DNA of 64,000 nucleotides from Acidobacteriota bacterium (GCA_039194425.1 JBCCVZ010000005.1:293144-357143), one strand, 5' to 3'; shown: positions 47,208 to 61,338, numbered from the stretch's first letter. A program made the numbers and translations. Notes: generated by a model not told the origin, from the sequence alone.

Positions 47208-49184
47208 ATGAACAGTCCAGATGCGACGCGACAGGAACCAACATTCGCTGCGGCTCTCGAGCGCTACGCCACGTTCGACCTCTTCGTCACGCTCGAGCCC
47301 GAAGGATCGCGCTGGCGCGTGTCACACATCGACGACGGTCGGCTCGTCGAGACGCGCGTCGCTGCGCCGTTCGAGCCCGGCGAGCTCGACGACCTGCTGG
47401 AGCGTCTCGGCTGGTCGCGCAGTCGTGACGCCCGGCGCGAGGAGGCCGAGCCGCGCGCCGCCGCGATCGAGATCGGCGAACGCCTCTACCGCGCTCTCTT
47501 CGCCGCCGAGGTCGGCCGCTGTTGGCGCGCGGCTCGTCGACGTGCGCGGGAGGAGGCGAGTGGGCTGCGCCTGCAGCTGCACGGGCCCGAGCTCGACGCG
47601 CTGCCCTGGGAGCTGCTGTGCGACCCCGAGAGCCGAACGCTCCTTGCCGCGTCGGTCGAGACGCCGCTGTCGCGCGTGCCCGGCAAGCGCGCGGAGCGGC
47701 GGCTTCAGATCCTGGTCGAACCGCTGCGCGTTCTGGTCGTGGTCGCCGCGGGCGACCTCGATGTCGATGCAGAGATCGAGCGCATCGACGATGCACTGAA
47801 GCCCATGGTGGCACGGCGCCGCGTCGTGCTCGAGGTTCTGCGCCGACCGTCCGCGGACGCGCTGCGGGCGCGGCTGCGCGACAGCGAGAGCCCGGTGCAC
47901 GTGCTGCACTTCATCGGTCATGGCCGCTACGATCCGGACCAAGGCGAAGGCTGGCTGAGGCTGGCGGACGGCGCGGTCGACACGGAGGGCGTCGCGGCGG
48001 AGCCCGAGGAGGTCGACGCCGGGCGTCTTGCCCGCTGGATCGACGGCAGCGCCATTCGCTTCGTCGTGCTCAACGCCTGCGAGAGCGCCCGTCACGCCGG
48101 CAGCACGGCGCTGCGCGGCGTGTCGGAGGCGTTGGTGCAGCAGCGCGTGCCGGCGGTGCTGGCGATGAAGGCACGCATCGCCGACGATGTCGCCATCGGG
48201 TTCGCCGCGGCCCTCTACCGCGCTCTCGCCGCCGAGGCTCCGGTTGACGTCGCGGTCGCTGCCGCCCGCTCGCATGTTCTCGACCAGTGGACGACGAACG
48301 AATGGGCGCTGCCCGCGCTCTACCTCCACAGCGAGAATGCGCAGCTCTTCAGTCTCACCCCCCGCCGGCGTCGGCGGTGGGAGCTCTTCCCGGCCGGCGC
48401 CGTGGTCGGCGGACTCGTTGCTGCCTTAGTCGCCTGGTGGTTCTGGCCGCCTCCGGCGTCGGATCCGCGCTGCCCGTCGCCGCGCGGAATCCACCTTCCC
48501 ATGGTTTTCGTGGCCGCCGATGCCTTCTACATGGGGTCGGACGAGCGGTCCGACGAGAGGCCGATTCATCTTCAGACAGTCGAGCAGGATTTCTGCATCG
48601 GCCAGTACGAGGTGACCCGGGAGCAGTGGGGGCATTTCATGGGTGACGACGTGCCGGAGTTCCGGGAGGATGGTGCTGCGAACGAGCCCGTGCGATTTGT
48701 CTCGTGGAATCGGGCCAACAAGTTCATCGAGGCGCTGAACCGCGCTTCGAGTGGGGATCCATTCGATCTCCCGACGGAAGTGCAGTGGGAGTACGCTGCA
48801 CGTGCTGGCTCCGAGGATCTCTTCTTCTTCGGTGACGACCCGGAGCTCCTGCACTACTTTGGCAACTGCCGCAATCCTGTCAGCGACGACTATGAGGATG
48901 CCGTGGCACCGGTCGGCAGCTTCAACCGCAACGACTGGCATCTCTACGACGTCCACGGCAACGTCTCGGAGCTCACGAAGACCATCTATCGGCCCTACGC
49001 CGAGGGCCCGCCCAAGCCCGAGGAGCTCGAGGAAATCCGCTATGTCCGGAGGGGAGGAAGCTTCGACGTGATCCCGGACAGCTGCCGGCTCGCGCGTCGC
49101 TTCACCATCGACTCGGAATGGGTTCAGCGTGATGTCGGTCTTCGCATCGTCCGGACGGCGCTCGAACTCGACGACATCGAATAG
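47208..49184 (+). CDS. CHAT protease + TM + FGE-sulfatase (SUMF1/CLec) domain protein
   Basis: LPWELL, LHFIGHG and VLNACES motifs; RRRRR then TM; FYMGS, YEVT, LPTEVQWEYAARAG, DVHGNVSE and RGGSF motifs. Confidence 0.9.
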   Translation: MNSPDATRQEPTFAAALERYATFDLFVTLEPEGSRWRVSHIDDGRLVETRVAAPFEPGELDDLLERLGWSRSRDARREEAEPRAAAIEIGERLYRALFAAEVGRCWRAARRRAREEASGLRLQLHGPELDALPWELLCDPESRTLLAASVETPLSRVPGKRAERRLQILVEPLRVLVVVAAGDLDVDAEIERIDDALKPMVARRRVVLEVLRRPSADALRARLRDSESPVHVLHFIGHGRYDPDQGEGWLRLADGAVDTEGVAAEPEEVDAGRLARWIDGSAIRFVVLNACESARHAGSTALRGVSEALVQQRVPAVLAMKARIADDVAIGFAAALYRALAAEAPVDVAVAAARSHVLDQWTTNEWALPALYLHSENAQLFSLTPRRRRRWELFPAGAVVGGLVAALVAWWFWPPPASDPRCPSPRGIHLPMVFVAADAFYMGSDERSDERPIHLQTVEQDFCIGQYEVTREQWGHFMGDDVPEFREDGAANEPVRFVSWNRANKFIEALNRASSGDPFDLPTEVQWEYAARAGSEDLFFFGDDPELLHYFGNCRNPVSDDYEDAVAPVGSFNRNDWHLYDVHGNVSELTKTIYRPYAEGPPKPEELEEIRYVRRGGSFDVIPDSCRLARRFTIDSEWVQRDVGLRIVRTALELDDIE

Positions 49185-49247
49185 CCCTCGCGCGCTTGTC
49201 GTATGCTCGGGGTTCCGATCCCGATCCGCCAACCGTGGAGGCCCGCG

Positions 49248-50084
49248 ATGTTCCAGAGACTCTCCAACAGCTGGGAGCTGGTGAAGGCCAGCGCTCAAGT
49301 TCTCAAGGCCGACAAGGAGCTGATGGTTTTTCCGCTCCTCTCGTTCCTCGGCCTGGTCGTCACCTGTGTCCTCTTCTTCGTGCCGGCCTCCGCCTTCGCC
49401 TTTGGCGGCGAGGCCAGCCAGGCGATGGAAATCGTCGCCTACGTCGCGCTCTTCGTCTTCTATGTCGCTTCCACCTTCGTCGTCGTCTTCTTCAACTCGG
49501 CGCTGGTCGGCGCCGCGCTGATTCGGCTCGACGGCGGCGACCCGACGGTTGCCGATGGTCTTCGCATCGCACGCCAGCACCTCGGCTCGATCTTCGCGTG
49601 GTCGGTGCTCGCGGCCACCGTCGGCATGATTCTGCGCGCCGCGCGCGAGCGCTCGGGTGGCCTCGGCCGCATCGTCATCGGCATGGTCGGCCTGGCCTGG
49701 AACCTCGCTACGTTCCTCGTCGTGCCGGTGCTGGTGAACCGGGGCCTCGGTCCGATCGACGCGTTGAAGGAAAGCGCCACCCTGCTCAAGCGCACCTGGG
49801 GCGAGCAGATTGCGGGCAACCTCGGCATCGGTGCCGTGTTCTGGGTGATCGGCATCGTCTACACCATCATCGCCGTACCGATCGTGATCCTCGCCGTCGG
49901 CACCGGCTCGATGGCGGTGATCGGCGTCGCCGTCGCCCTGATCGGACTCGGCTACGCCCTGATCACCCTGGTCTCGGCGACCCTCAGCGGCATCTACTCG
50001 GCGGCTCTCTACCGTTTCGCCACCGAGGGTGAAGTCGCCTACCTCGACCGTCGCCTGCTCGAGAACGCCTTCGTCGCCAAGTGA
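49248..50084 (+). CDS. Conserved integral membrane protein (DUF6159-like)
   Basis: SWELVKAS..VL..DKEL, ATFLVVPVL, LKRTWGEQ and AALYRFA motifs; multiple TMs. Confidence 0.65.
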   Translation: MFQRLSNSWELVKASAQVLKADKELMVFPLLSFLGLVVTCVLFFVPASAFAFGGEASQAMEIVAYVALFVFYVASTFVVVFFNSALVGAALIRLDGGDPTVADGLRIARQHLGSIFAWSVLAATVGMILRAARERSGGLGRIVIGMVGLAWNLATFLVVPVLVNRGLGPIDALKESATLLKRTWGEQIAGNLGIGAVFWVIGIVYTIIAVPIVILAVGTGSMAVIGVAVALIGLGYALITLVSATLSGIYSAALYRFATEGEVAYLDRRLLENAFVAK

Positions 50085-50318
50085 GGGCGACCGGGTCTGG
50101 TGGGCCCCGAGTCTCTGCCCTGGCGACTCGGGCGTCGCGGCCCCTGGCGATCGGTCACGTCGCTGTCGACGGGTCGGGTGAATCGATATGGTGAGCGTCG
50201 GTCCCGGGGCGCATCGCGGGCGGTGTTCGGTCGAGAGAAATGACTTTCATCATGCGCTAAGCTACGGAGAGCGTGGTGCCTCGGACCGCCCACGACCGTC
50301 CTGTGTTCTTCGAGGGAG

Positions 50319-51026
50319 ATGCCCACCAGACCTTCGCAGCGCGCCGCTGCAGTCGTTCGCGTCCTGCTGGTCGACGATCACTCGATCGTCCGCCAGGGTT
50401 TGGCCTCGCTGCTGCTCGATGCGGAAGGCATCGAGGTCGTCGGCGAGGCGAGCGACGGCGACGACGCGGTCCAGGCCACGCGCCTGTTGCGTCCCGATGT
50501 CATCTTGATGGACTTGGTGATGCCTGGTCTCGACGGCGTCGCCGCGACCGCCGAGATTCGCGCACGTCACCCGAGCGCGCGGATCCTGGTCTTGAGTGGC
50601 TCGTCGGTGCGAGAGCGAATCCTCGCCGCCGTGCGCGCCGGCGCGGCAGGCTACATTTCGAAGACCGCGCCGAAACAAGAGCTCGTCGACGCGATTCGGC
50701 GAGTGCATCGAGGGCAGCGATCGATGCCGGCGGCGCTCACCGCCAGCCTGCTCGAGCGCTATCCGCCGGCGCAGCTGCAGGTCGAGCCCCTGACCCGTCG
50801 CGAGCGCGAGATCTTGGTCTTGGTGGCCAAAGGCTTGAGCAACCGAGACGTCGCCGATCACGCCGGGATCAGCGAAGCGACGACCCGCACCCACGTCGGC
50901 CGGATCTTCGGCAAGCTGGGCGTCAACAACCGGGTCGAGGCGACCCTCTGCGCTTTGCGCGACGGCTTGACGACACTCGACGAGTGCCTGGGGCTCGAGC
51001 GGTCCGAGCTCGACCGCGACGCCTGA
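50319..51026 (+). CDS. NarL/LuxR-family response regulator
   Basis: LLVDDH, DLVMP, LTRREREIL...GLSN and HVGRIFGKL motifs. Confidence 0.93.
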   Translation: MPTRPSQRAAAVVRVLLVDDHSIVRQGLASLLLDAEGIEVVGEASDGDDAVQATRLLRPDVILMDLVMPGLDGVAATAEIRARHPSARILVLSGSSVRERILAAVRAGAAGYISKTAPKQELVDAIRRVHRGQRSMPAALTASLLERYPPAQLQVEPLTRREREILVLVAKGLSNRDVADHAGISEATTRTHVGRIFGKLGVNNRVEATLCALRDGLTTLDECLGLERSELDRDA

Positions 51027-51084
51027 GCCGGCAGCCCGATCGCTCGCCGGCCGAGTCGTCGAGCACGCTGCTCCTCGACTCGCG

Positions 51085-53691
<2,607 letters not shown>

Positions 53692-53784
53692 GGCCTCCCG
53701 GGCGCCTGAGTTGATCGAGCATGGTACCAGGCCATCGGCCGACGGGACGGCCCGCCCGCCCCGCGACGCCGTACTTCGTCCCGC

Positions 53785-54387
53785 TCAGGCGGCGATGCGC
53801 AGCAGGTGGTAGCGCTGGTCGCGCTGCTCGACGACGAACAGGCCTTCGGAGTCGAGGCCGGGCATCGACTCCGGTGCCTGGACGCGCAGAGCCAGGCGCC
53901 GGTCGCCGCGCTCGGCCGACGCGTCCGGCAGGTGGCCGGGCGCGGCGCGTAGCGCGTCGAGCAGCATGAAGGCCAGGCGGAGGCACAGTTGACCCGCGGC
54001 CGACTCGGTCCCGATGCGCCCGGCCTCGGCGAGCAGCAGAACGAGGCAGCGCTCGAGATTGCGGCGATGGCGGCGCAGCGCCAGACGCCCTCGCGGGCCG
54101 CTGCCGACCAGGCGCTGCCAGGCGATCCGCTGGGCTTCCACGAGGCACAGCAGCCGTTCGATCTCGACCGCCTCGCGGCGTCGGCGCAAGGCATCCCAGT
54201 AGAGGCCGAGGAAGCGCAGCAAGCGCTCCGGCTCGAGCCGCTCGGCGGCGCCCGGCAGCAGCTCGGCGAACTGCTCGACGGCGCGCGCCACGTCGCCTGT
54301 GTGTGCCATGCGCCGCGCCTGGACGGCGCGGCGCTCGAAGGTGTGTTCGGAATGCGTCGATGGGCCGTAAGTCGAGCTCGATGTCAT
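53785..54387 (-). CDS. Hypothetical protein (200 aa)
   Basis: RBS GAGAGGA before ATG 54387; follows the crotonase operon; no recognised motif. Confidence 0.55.
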   Translation of the reverse strand: MTSSSTYGPSTHSEHTFERRAVQARRMAHTGDVARAVEQFAELLPGAAERLEPERLLRFLGLYWDALRRRREAVEIERLLCLVEAQRIAWQRLVGSGPRGRLALRRHRRNLERCLVLLLAEAGRIGTESAAGQLCLRLAFMLLDALRAAPGHLPDASAERGDRRLALRVQAPESMPGLDSEGLFVVEQRDQRYHLLRIAA

Positions 54388-54469
54388 GTCCGTTCCTCTC
54401 CGGAGTCGCGTTCCTGCTGTACAGAGAACGCGTAAACGGACGCTCGATGGGCTCACGGACGCCGTCGGA

Positions 54470-55249
54470 TCAGCGGCCCTTCCACTCCGGATTGCGCTTG
54501 GCGAGGAAGGCGTCGACGCCTTCCTGCTTGTCCTCGGTGGAGAAGCAGAGGCAGAAGAGATCGCGCTCGTAGAGGATGCCTTCCTCGATCGCCAGGCGCT
54601 CGCTGGCGCGCAGCGCTTCCTTGGCGACCCGCAGGGTGAGCGGGCTCTGCGCGGCGATCGACGCGGCGAGCTCGAGGGTCTTGGCGCGCAGCTCGTCGTG
54701 CGACACGACCACGTCGACCAGGCCGATCGACTGGGCTTCCTGGGCACCGATCATGTCGCCGGTGAGGGTCAGGCGCATCGCGTGGCCCATGCCGACCAGC
54801 CGAGGCAGGCGCTGGGTGCCGCCGCCGCCGGGAATCAGGCCGAGCTTGATCTCGGGCTGACCGAGGCGTGCCTTGTCGGAGGCGATGCGCATGTCGCACG
54901 ACATCGCCATCTCGCAGCCGCCGCCGAGGCAGAAGCCGTTGATCATCGCCAGCACCGGCTTGGGGAACGAGGCCATGACGTCGAAGACGCGCGGGAAGCG
55001 CATCGCCTCGCGCTGGTCGAACGGCGAGCGGCCCTCGAACTCCTTGATGTCGGCGCCGGCGACGAAACTCTTCTCGCCCGCGCCGGTGATCACCACGGCG
55101 CCGATCGAGTCGTCGCTTTGGACTGCTTCGAGATGCTCAAGCATCTCGTCGCGGACCTGCTGGTTGAGGGCGTTGAGCTTGTCGGGACGATTGATGGTGA
55201 GAACCGCGACGCGGCCCTCGTCTTCACGCAGGACGACGGGTTCGGTCAT
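54470..55249 (-). CDS. Enoyl-CoA hydratase/isomerase (crotonase)
   Basis: NRPDKLNAL, AGADI, GGGCE and GQPEIKLGLIPGGGGTQRL motifs. Confidence 0.93.
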   Translation of the reverse strand: MTEPVVLREDEGRVAVLTINRPDKLNALNQQVRDEMLEHLEAVQSDDSIGAVVITGAGEKSFVAGADIKEFEGRSPFDQREAMRFPRVFDVMASFPKPVLAMINGFCLGGGCEMAMSCDMRIASDKARLGQPEIKLGLIPGGGGTQRLPRLVGMGHAMRLTLTGDMIGAQEAQSIGLVDVVVSHDELRAKTLELAASIAAQSPLTLRVAKEALRASERLAIEEGILYERDLFCLCFSTEDKQEGVDAFLAKRNPEWKGR

Positions 55250-55282
55250 GGAGAGTCCTCCGAGTTGGTGGTCAACGAGGTG

Positions 55283-56104
55283 TCAACGATGGCGCCAGTC
55301 TGCCGGGCGCTTGTCGAGAAAGGCGGCGACGCCTTCGCGCAGATCGTCGGTGGCGGCGAGGTCTTCGCGGTAGATGCGCTCGCTCGCGGTGAGGGCGTCC
55401 TCGAGCGCCTTGCGCCGCGGGTCGGCGACGCGCAGTGCGCGCTTGGCGCAGGCGAGGACGGCAGCGCTCGAACGCCGCAGATGCTCGAGCAGGCGTTCGA
55501 GCTCGAGCTCGAGGTCGTCGTTGGCGAGCCGGTCGACGAAGCCGAGGCGCCAAGCCTCGTCGGCGTCGAGGGTGCGGCCGGTGAGCACCAGGTCGGCGGC
55601 GGCGCCGGGACCAATGCGGTGGGGTAGCACGACGGCGGCGAAGGGGGGAAAGCAGCCGAGCTTGATCTCAGGCTGGCCGAAGGTGCTCTTGCCGGTAGCG
55701 ACGACGAAATCGCAGCTCGCGGCGAGCTCCATGCCGCCGCCCAGGCAGTGGCCGTCGACGGCGGCGATGGTGGCGACGTCGAGCGCCAGCAGGCGACGGA
55801 GCGCGCGGTGAAAGATGCCGAGCATGGCGTCGATCTTCGACGGATCGTGGTCTTCGACGGCGACGCCGGCGGAGAAGGCGTGGCCGCCGGCGCCGCGCAC
55901 CACCAGCGCCTGCAGCCCTGCCGGGTCGAGGGCGTCGAGGGCAGCGTCGAGCCGCTCGAGCAGGTCGAGATCGAGCACGTTGAGCGGCGGCCGATCGATG
56001 ATCAGCGTCGCGATCCGGTCGTCGACGACGAGGTGCAGCGACGCGTCGTCGCCGGTGGGCACGTCGGGCGACGTCGGCTCGTCGGCTGTCGGACGGTCGG
56101 TCAC
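55283..56104 (-). CDS. Enoyl-CoA hydratase family protein (dienoyl-CoA hydratase-like)
   Basis: PPLNVL, FSAGV, CLGGGMEL and GQPEIKLGCFPP motifs; start GTG 56104 inferred. Confidence 0.85.
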   Translation of the reverse strand: MTDRPTADEPTSPDVPTGDDASLHLVVDDRIATLIIDRPPLNVLDLDLLERLDAALDALDPAGLQALVVRGAGGHAFSAGVAVEDHDPSKIDAMLGIFHRALRRLLALDVATIAAVDGHCLGGGMELAASCDFVVATGKSTFGQPEIKLGCFPPFAAVVLPHRIGPGAAADLVLTGRTLDADEAWRLGFVDRLANDDLELELERLLEHLRRSSAAVLACAKRALRVADPRRKALEDALTASERIYREDLAATDDLREGVAAFLDKRPADWRHR

Positions 56105-56117
56105 GAGGGTGCGGGGG

Positions 56118-57335
56118 TCACGCGTCGAGGCGCTCGACCAGCGCCGCCAGGCCGAGGCCGCCGGATACGCACAGCGTCGCCAGGCCGAGCCGCCCCTGGC
56201 GCTCGTCGAGGCCGTGAAGGAGGGTGACCAGGATGCGCGCGCCGGTGGCGCCGATCGGGTGTCCGAGGGAGATCGCACCGCCGTCGGGGTTGACGCGGGC
56301 CGGGTCGAACGGCAGATCGTGCAGGCAGGCGAGCACCTGGCAGGCGAACGCCTCGTTGAGCTCGACCTCGTCGATGGCGTCGGCCTCGAGGCCCTGACGC
56401 TCGAGCAGCTGGCGCACGGCGGGGACTGGGCCGATGCCCATGATGCGCGGCTCGACGCCGACCGTGGCGGTGTCGACCAGCCGGGCGACGACGCGCAGGC
56501 CGAGCGCATGCGCGGCCTCCGACGAGGCGACGAGCAGGGCGGCGGCGCCGTCGGTGATCCCGGAGGCGTTGCCGGCGGTGACCCGGCCGCCATCGCGGAA
56601 CACCGGCTTGAGCTTGGCCAGTGCCGCACGGTCGACGCCGTCCCGCGGATGCTCGTCGTGCGCGACGACGGTTGGCTCGTCGCGTCGCCGACCGGGCACC
56701 GTCACCGGCACGATCTCGCGCGCGAAGCGGCCGCGTGCGCGCGCTGTCTCACAGCGGTTCTGGCTGCCCACCGCCCAGACGTCCGAGGCGTCGCGGTCGA
56801 TGCCGTACTTCTCGGCGAGCTCCTCGGCGGTTTCGCCCATCACCAGGCCCGACAGCGGGTCGTTGAAGCCGTCGCGGTACATGCCGTCGACGATCTGGTC
56901 GTGGCCGAGACGCTGGCCCCAGCGCGCGCGCGGCAGGAGGTACGGCGTGTTCGACATGCTCTCGGTGCCGCCCGCGAGCACCACCCGCGCTTCGCCGAGG
57001 CGGATGGCGCGGGCGGCCGCGAAGACACTCTGCAGACCCGAGCCGCAGGCCTGGTTGAGCGTGAAGGCCGGGCGGTCGACCGGCACGCCGGTACGCGCCG
57101 CCACCTGGCGGGCCGTGTTCGGCCCGCCGCCGGCCTGGCGCGCGTGGCCGAAGATCACCTGGTCGACCGCGTCGGCGTCGAGCGCGCCGGCGTCACCGCG
57201 CGCCACCGCCAGGCAGCCGGCGGCGGCGGCCGACCCGAGGTCGGCGGCGGAGAGCGGCGCCAAGACGCCGCCGAATTTGCCGATCGGCGTGCGCACCGGC
57301 GCCGCCAGGACGATCTCGGGATCGTAGGCCTTCAT
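56118..57335 (-). CDS. Acetyl-CoA C-acyltransferase (thiolase)
   Basis: NQACGSG, NEAFA, GHPIGATG and LCVSGG motifs. Confidence 0.95.
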   Translation of the reverse strand: MKAYDPEIVLAAPVRTPIGKFGGVLAPLSAADLGSAAAAGCLAVARGDAGALDADAVDQVIFGHARQAGGGPNTARQVAARTGVPVDRPAFTLNQACGSGLQSVFAAARAIRLGEARVVLAGGTESMSNTPYLLPRARWGQRLGHDQIVDGMYRDGFNDPLSGLVMGETAEELAEKYGIDRDASDVWAVGSQNRCETARARGRFAREIVPVTVPGRRRDEPTVVAHDEHPRDGVDRAALAKLKPVFRDGGRVTAGNASGITDGAAALLVASSEAAHALGLRVVARLVDTATVGVEPRIMGIGPVPAVRQLLERQGLEADAIDEVELNEAFACQVLACLHDLPFDPARVNPDGGAISLGHPIGATGARILVTLLHGLDERQGRLGLATLCVSGGLGLAALVERLDA

Positions 57336-57372
57336 CGTTCGCGTTCCTACTGGCTTGCTGACCTGGCCTGGC

Positions 57373-58179
57373 CTACTTGGCCTGGAATTGCGGCTTGCGC
57401 TTCTCGACGTAGGCGGCGAGGCCTTCGCGCGCGTCCTGGCTCTCGAAGAGCTGCTGCTGCAGCTCGCGCTCGATCGCGAGGGCCGACTCGAAGGGCACTT
57501 CCCAGCCGCTCTGCACCGAGCGCTTGATGCGGCCGGCGGCCTTCGCCGCCTTGTTCGGCGGGCAGAACTGCGTCGCGTACTCGTGAACCTGGGTGTGGAA
57601 GTCGTCGAGCGACTCGGAGGCGAAGACCTGGTTCACCAGGCCGAGCTCTTGGCCGGCCTCGAAGTCGAGCAGATCGCCGGTCAGCATCAACTCGATCGAG
57701 CGGCTCTTGCCGAGCATGCGCGACAGACGCTGCGTGCCGCCGGTGCCCGGGAGCACGCCGAGATTGATCTCGGGTAGGCCGAGCTTGCCGGCGCCCTGAC
57801 GCGCGATGCGCAGGTCGGCGGCCATGGCGATCTCGAGGCCACCACCGACGGTGTGGCCGTTGAGCGCCGCGATCACCAGCTTCGGCGTCTGCTCGAGGCG
57901 ATTCAGCGTTTCGTTGGCGTGGAGGCAGAAGAAGTATTTGAAGGTCGGATCCGACTGCTGCAGCATGGCGATGTTGGCGCCGGCGCAGAAGAACTTTTCG
58001 CCGTTGCCGCGCAGCACGATCACGTGCACGTCGTTGTCGAACCGCGCCTTGAGGATGCCGGCGTCGAGATCGGCCATCATCTCGTGGGTGTAGGTGTTGG
58101 CCGGTGGATCGTCGAGGGTGAGGTAGGCGACGCCATCCTTGGTTTCGTAGTGCACGAGGGTCTTGCGCTCGTCGCTCAT
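57373..58179 (-). CDS. Enoyl-CoA hydratase/isomerase family protein
   Basis: FCAGANI, GGGLEIA and GLPEINLGVLPGTGGTQRL motifs; RBS AGGAG before ATG 58179. Confidence 0.92.
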   Translation of the reverse strand: MSDERKTLVHYETKDGVAYLTLDDPPANTYTHEMMADLDAGILKARFDNDVHVIVLRGNGEKFFCAGANIAMLQQSDPTFKYFFCLHANETLNRLEQTPKLVIAALNGHTVGGGLEIAMAADLRIARQGAGKLGLPEINLGVLPGTGGTQRLSRMLGKSRSIELMLTGDLLDFEAGQELGLVNQVFASESLDDFHTQVHEYATQFCPPNKAAKAAGRIKRSVQSGWEVPFESALAIERELQQQLFESQDAREGLAAYVEKRKPQFQAK

Positions 58180-58211
58180 GGGAGCTCCTTCGAGGTCGGT
58201 CGATTCGATGC

Positions 58212-58295
58212 GGACCAAAGTCTGTCGGGACCACAGTCTGTCGGGGACCAGAGTCTGCTGGGACCACAGTCTGCCGGGACTACAGTCTGCCGGGA
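58212..58295. repeat. 16-bp tandem repeat x5 (GGACCACAGTCTGYCG) upstream of the crotonase operon
   Basis: Units at 58212, 58228, 58245, 58261 and 58277. Confidence 0.88.
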
Positions 58296-58421
58296 GGGTC
58301 GGGCGAGAACCGCGCGGACGGAGTCGCGAGGATGCGAGGTCCGGAGGGTGGGAGCGGTCGGGCTGGATCTTCTCATACCGCCCGAGGCGCGTCGAGGCAC
58401 AGGCACTCCTTCCAAACGCAG

Positions 58422-58449
58422 CGAGGCCACCGCCTCAGCGGTGGCCTCG
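58422..58449 (-). terminator. 12-bp stem hairpin downstream of the IPTL-CTERM gene
   Basis: CGAGGCCACCGC-CTCA-GCGGTGGCCTCG. Confidence 0.6.
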
Positions 58450-58490
58450 AAGACACAGCGGTCAGCGCGTTCAGTCGGGCGCGTCGTCGA

Positions 58491-59360
58491 TCAGGCGCGT
58501 CGCCGGACCATGAAGAGAGCGGCCGCAGCGAGCAGAAGCGCCAGCGCGGTGAGGCCTCCCTGGCCGAGCGTCGGCACCTCGAGCGGGTTGGGCGGCGGGC
58601 CGCCGAGGTCACCGTCGGCGCAGTCGAGGATGGTGAAGTCGTCGATCAGCATCTGATCGGTGGTCGAGCTGCCGGCGAAGGAACCATTGAAGACGACCTG
58701 TTCGACCGTGCCGGCGAATCCGGGGCCACTGAAGAACTCCGTGCCGTTCAGGAAGAGCCGGAAGTCGAACGTCGTGCGGTCGACCGAGATGCCGAACTCG
58801 TTGTACTGGTCGAAGACCCAGGAGGTGCCCGTGGGCACGAACTGACCGCCGCCGATGTTGACGCCCGCGTCGATGGTGCCGTCCGGGTTGATCCGAACGC
58901 GCGTGTTGATGAAGCCGGCGGTGAAGCTCTGCGGGACGACCTCCCACGTCGAGTCGGTGCTCGTCCGGTTGAGGAAGATGTTCATCGTCGAGCACGAGAA
59001 GGGCTCGACACCGCCCACCAGGCCGGTGGAGAAGAGCTGGAGGTCGCCGTCGCCGGAGGCTAGGCCGAGCACATGCTGGGCGCCGGTCAGCGGCTGAGTG
59101 GTGTCGATGAACCACTCGTCCTCGAAATCGGCCCAGTTGTCCTGGCCGACGATCAGTCCTGTCGTGAACACGGGCGGCTCGAAGCTGGTCTCGTAGAGCG
59201 TAGTGCCGGCGATCTGGGCTGGATTGGCGATCGCCTTCGAGAAGTCCGTCGCCGAGAGCTCGGCAGGAGTGGCGCCGAGGGTCGCCGCGATCGAGAGGCC
59301 GATCACCAGGAAGAGCGCCAGGCCGAGCCGGCTGATACGAGCGTCGCGCTGAAAGTGCAT
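58491..59360 (-). CDS. Secreted surface protein with IPTL-CTERM sorting signal
   Basis: Signal peptide; C-terminal EVPTL + TM + RRR; beta-rich, Thr/Phe-rich body. Confidence 0.85.
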   Translation of the reverse strand: MHFQRDARISRLGLALFLVIGLSIAATLGATPAELSATDFSKAIANPAQIAGTTLYETSFEPPVFTTGLIVGQDNWADFEDEWFIDTTQPLTGAQHVLGLASGDGDLQLFSTGLVGGVEPFSCSTMNIFLNRTSTDSTWEVVPQSFTAGFINTRVRINPDGTIDAGVNIGGGQFVPTGTSWVFDQYNEFGISVDRTTFDFRLFLNGTEFFSGPGFAGTVEQVVFNGSFAGSSTTDQMLIDDFTILDCADGDLGGPPPNPLEVPTLGQGGLTALALLLAAAALFMVRRRA

Positions 59361-59496
59361 TCAAATCTCCTCGTGAGGAATGAAACGGTACTCGCGCAAC
59401 GTAGCGTCGACGGAGGGGGCTGACTTCTCCGTTCCTGCTCACTTTCGAGATGAGGAACCGTGTGGGCGACCGCGGAGGTGCGGTATCGTCCCGCCG

Positions 59497-61326
<1,830 letters not shown>

Positions 61327-61338
61327 GCGCAGGCCGGC

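Noticed and set aside
48480-49184. FGE/CLec domain as a diversity-generating retroelement target
   Set aside because: No reverse transcriptase or template-repeat copy seen in this window.
55283-56629. 448-aa ORF suggesting a thiolase-crotonase fusion or frameshift
   Set aside because: Its upstream part is an alternate frame of the intact thiolase; the crotonase has its own start at about 56104.
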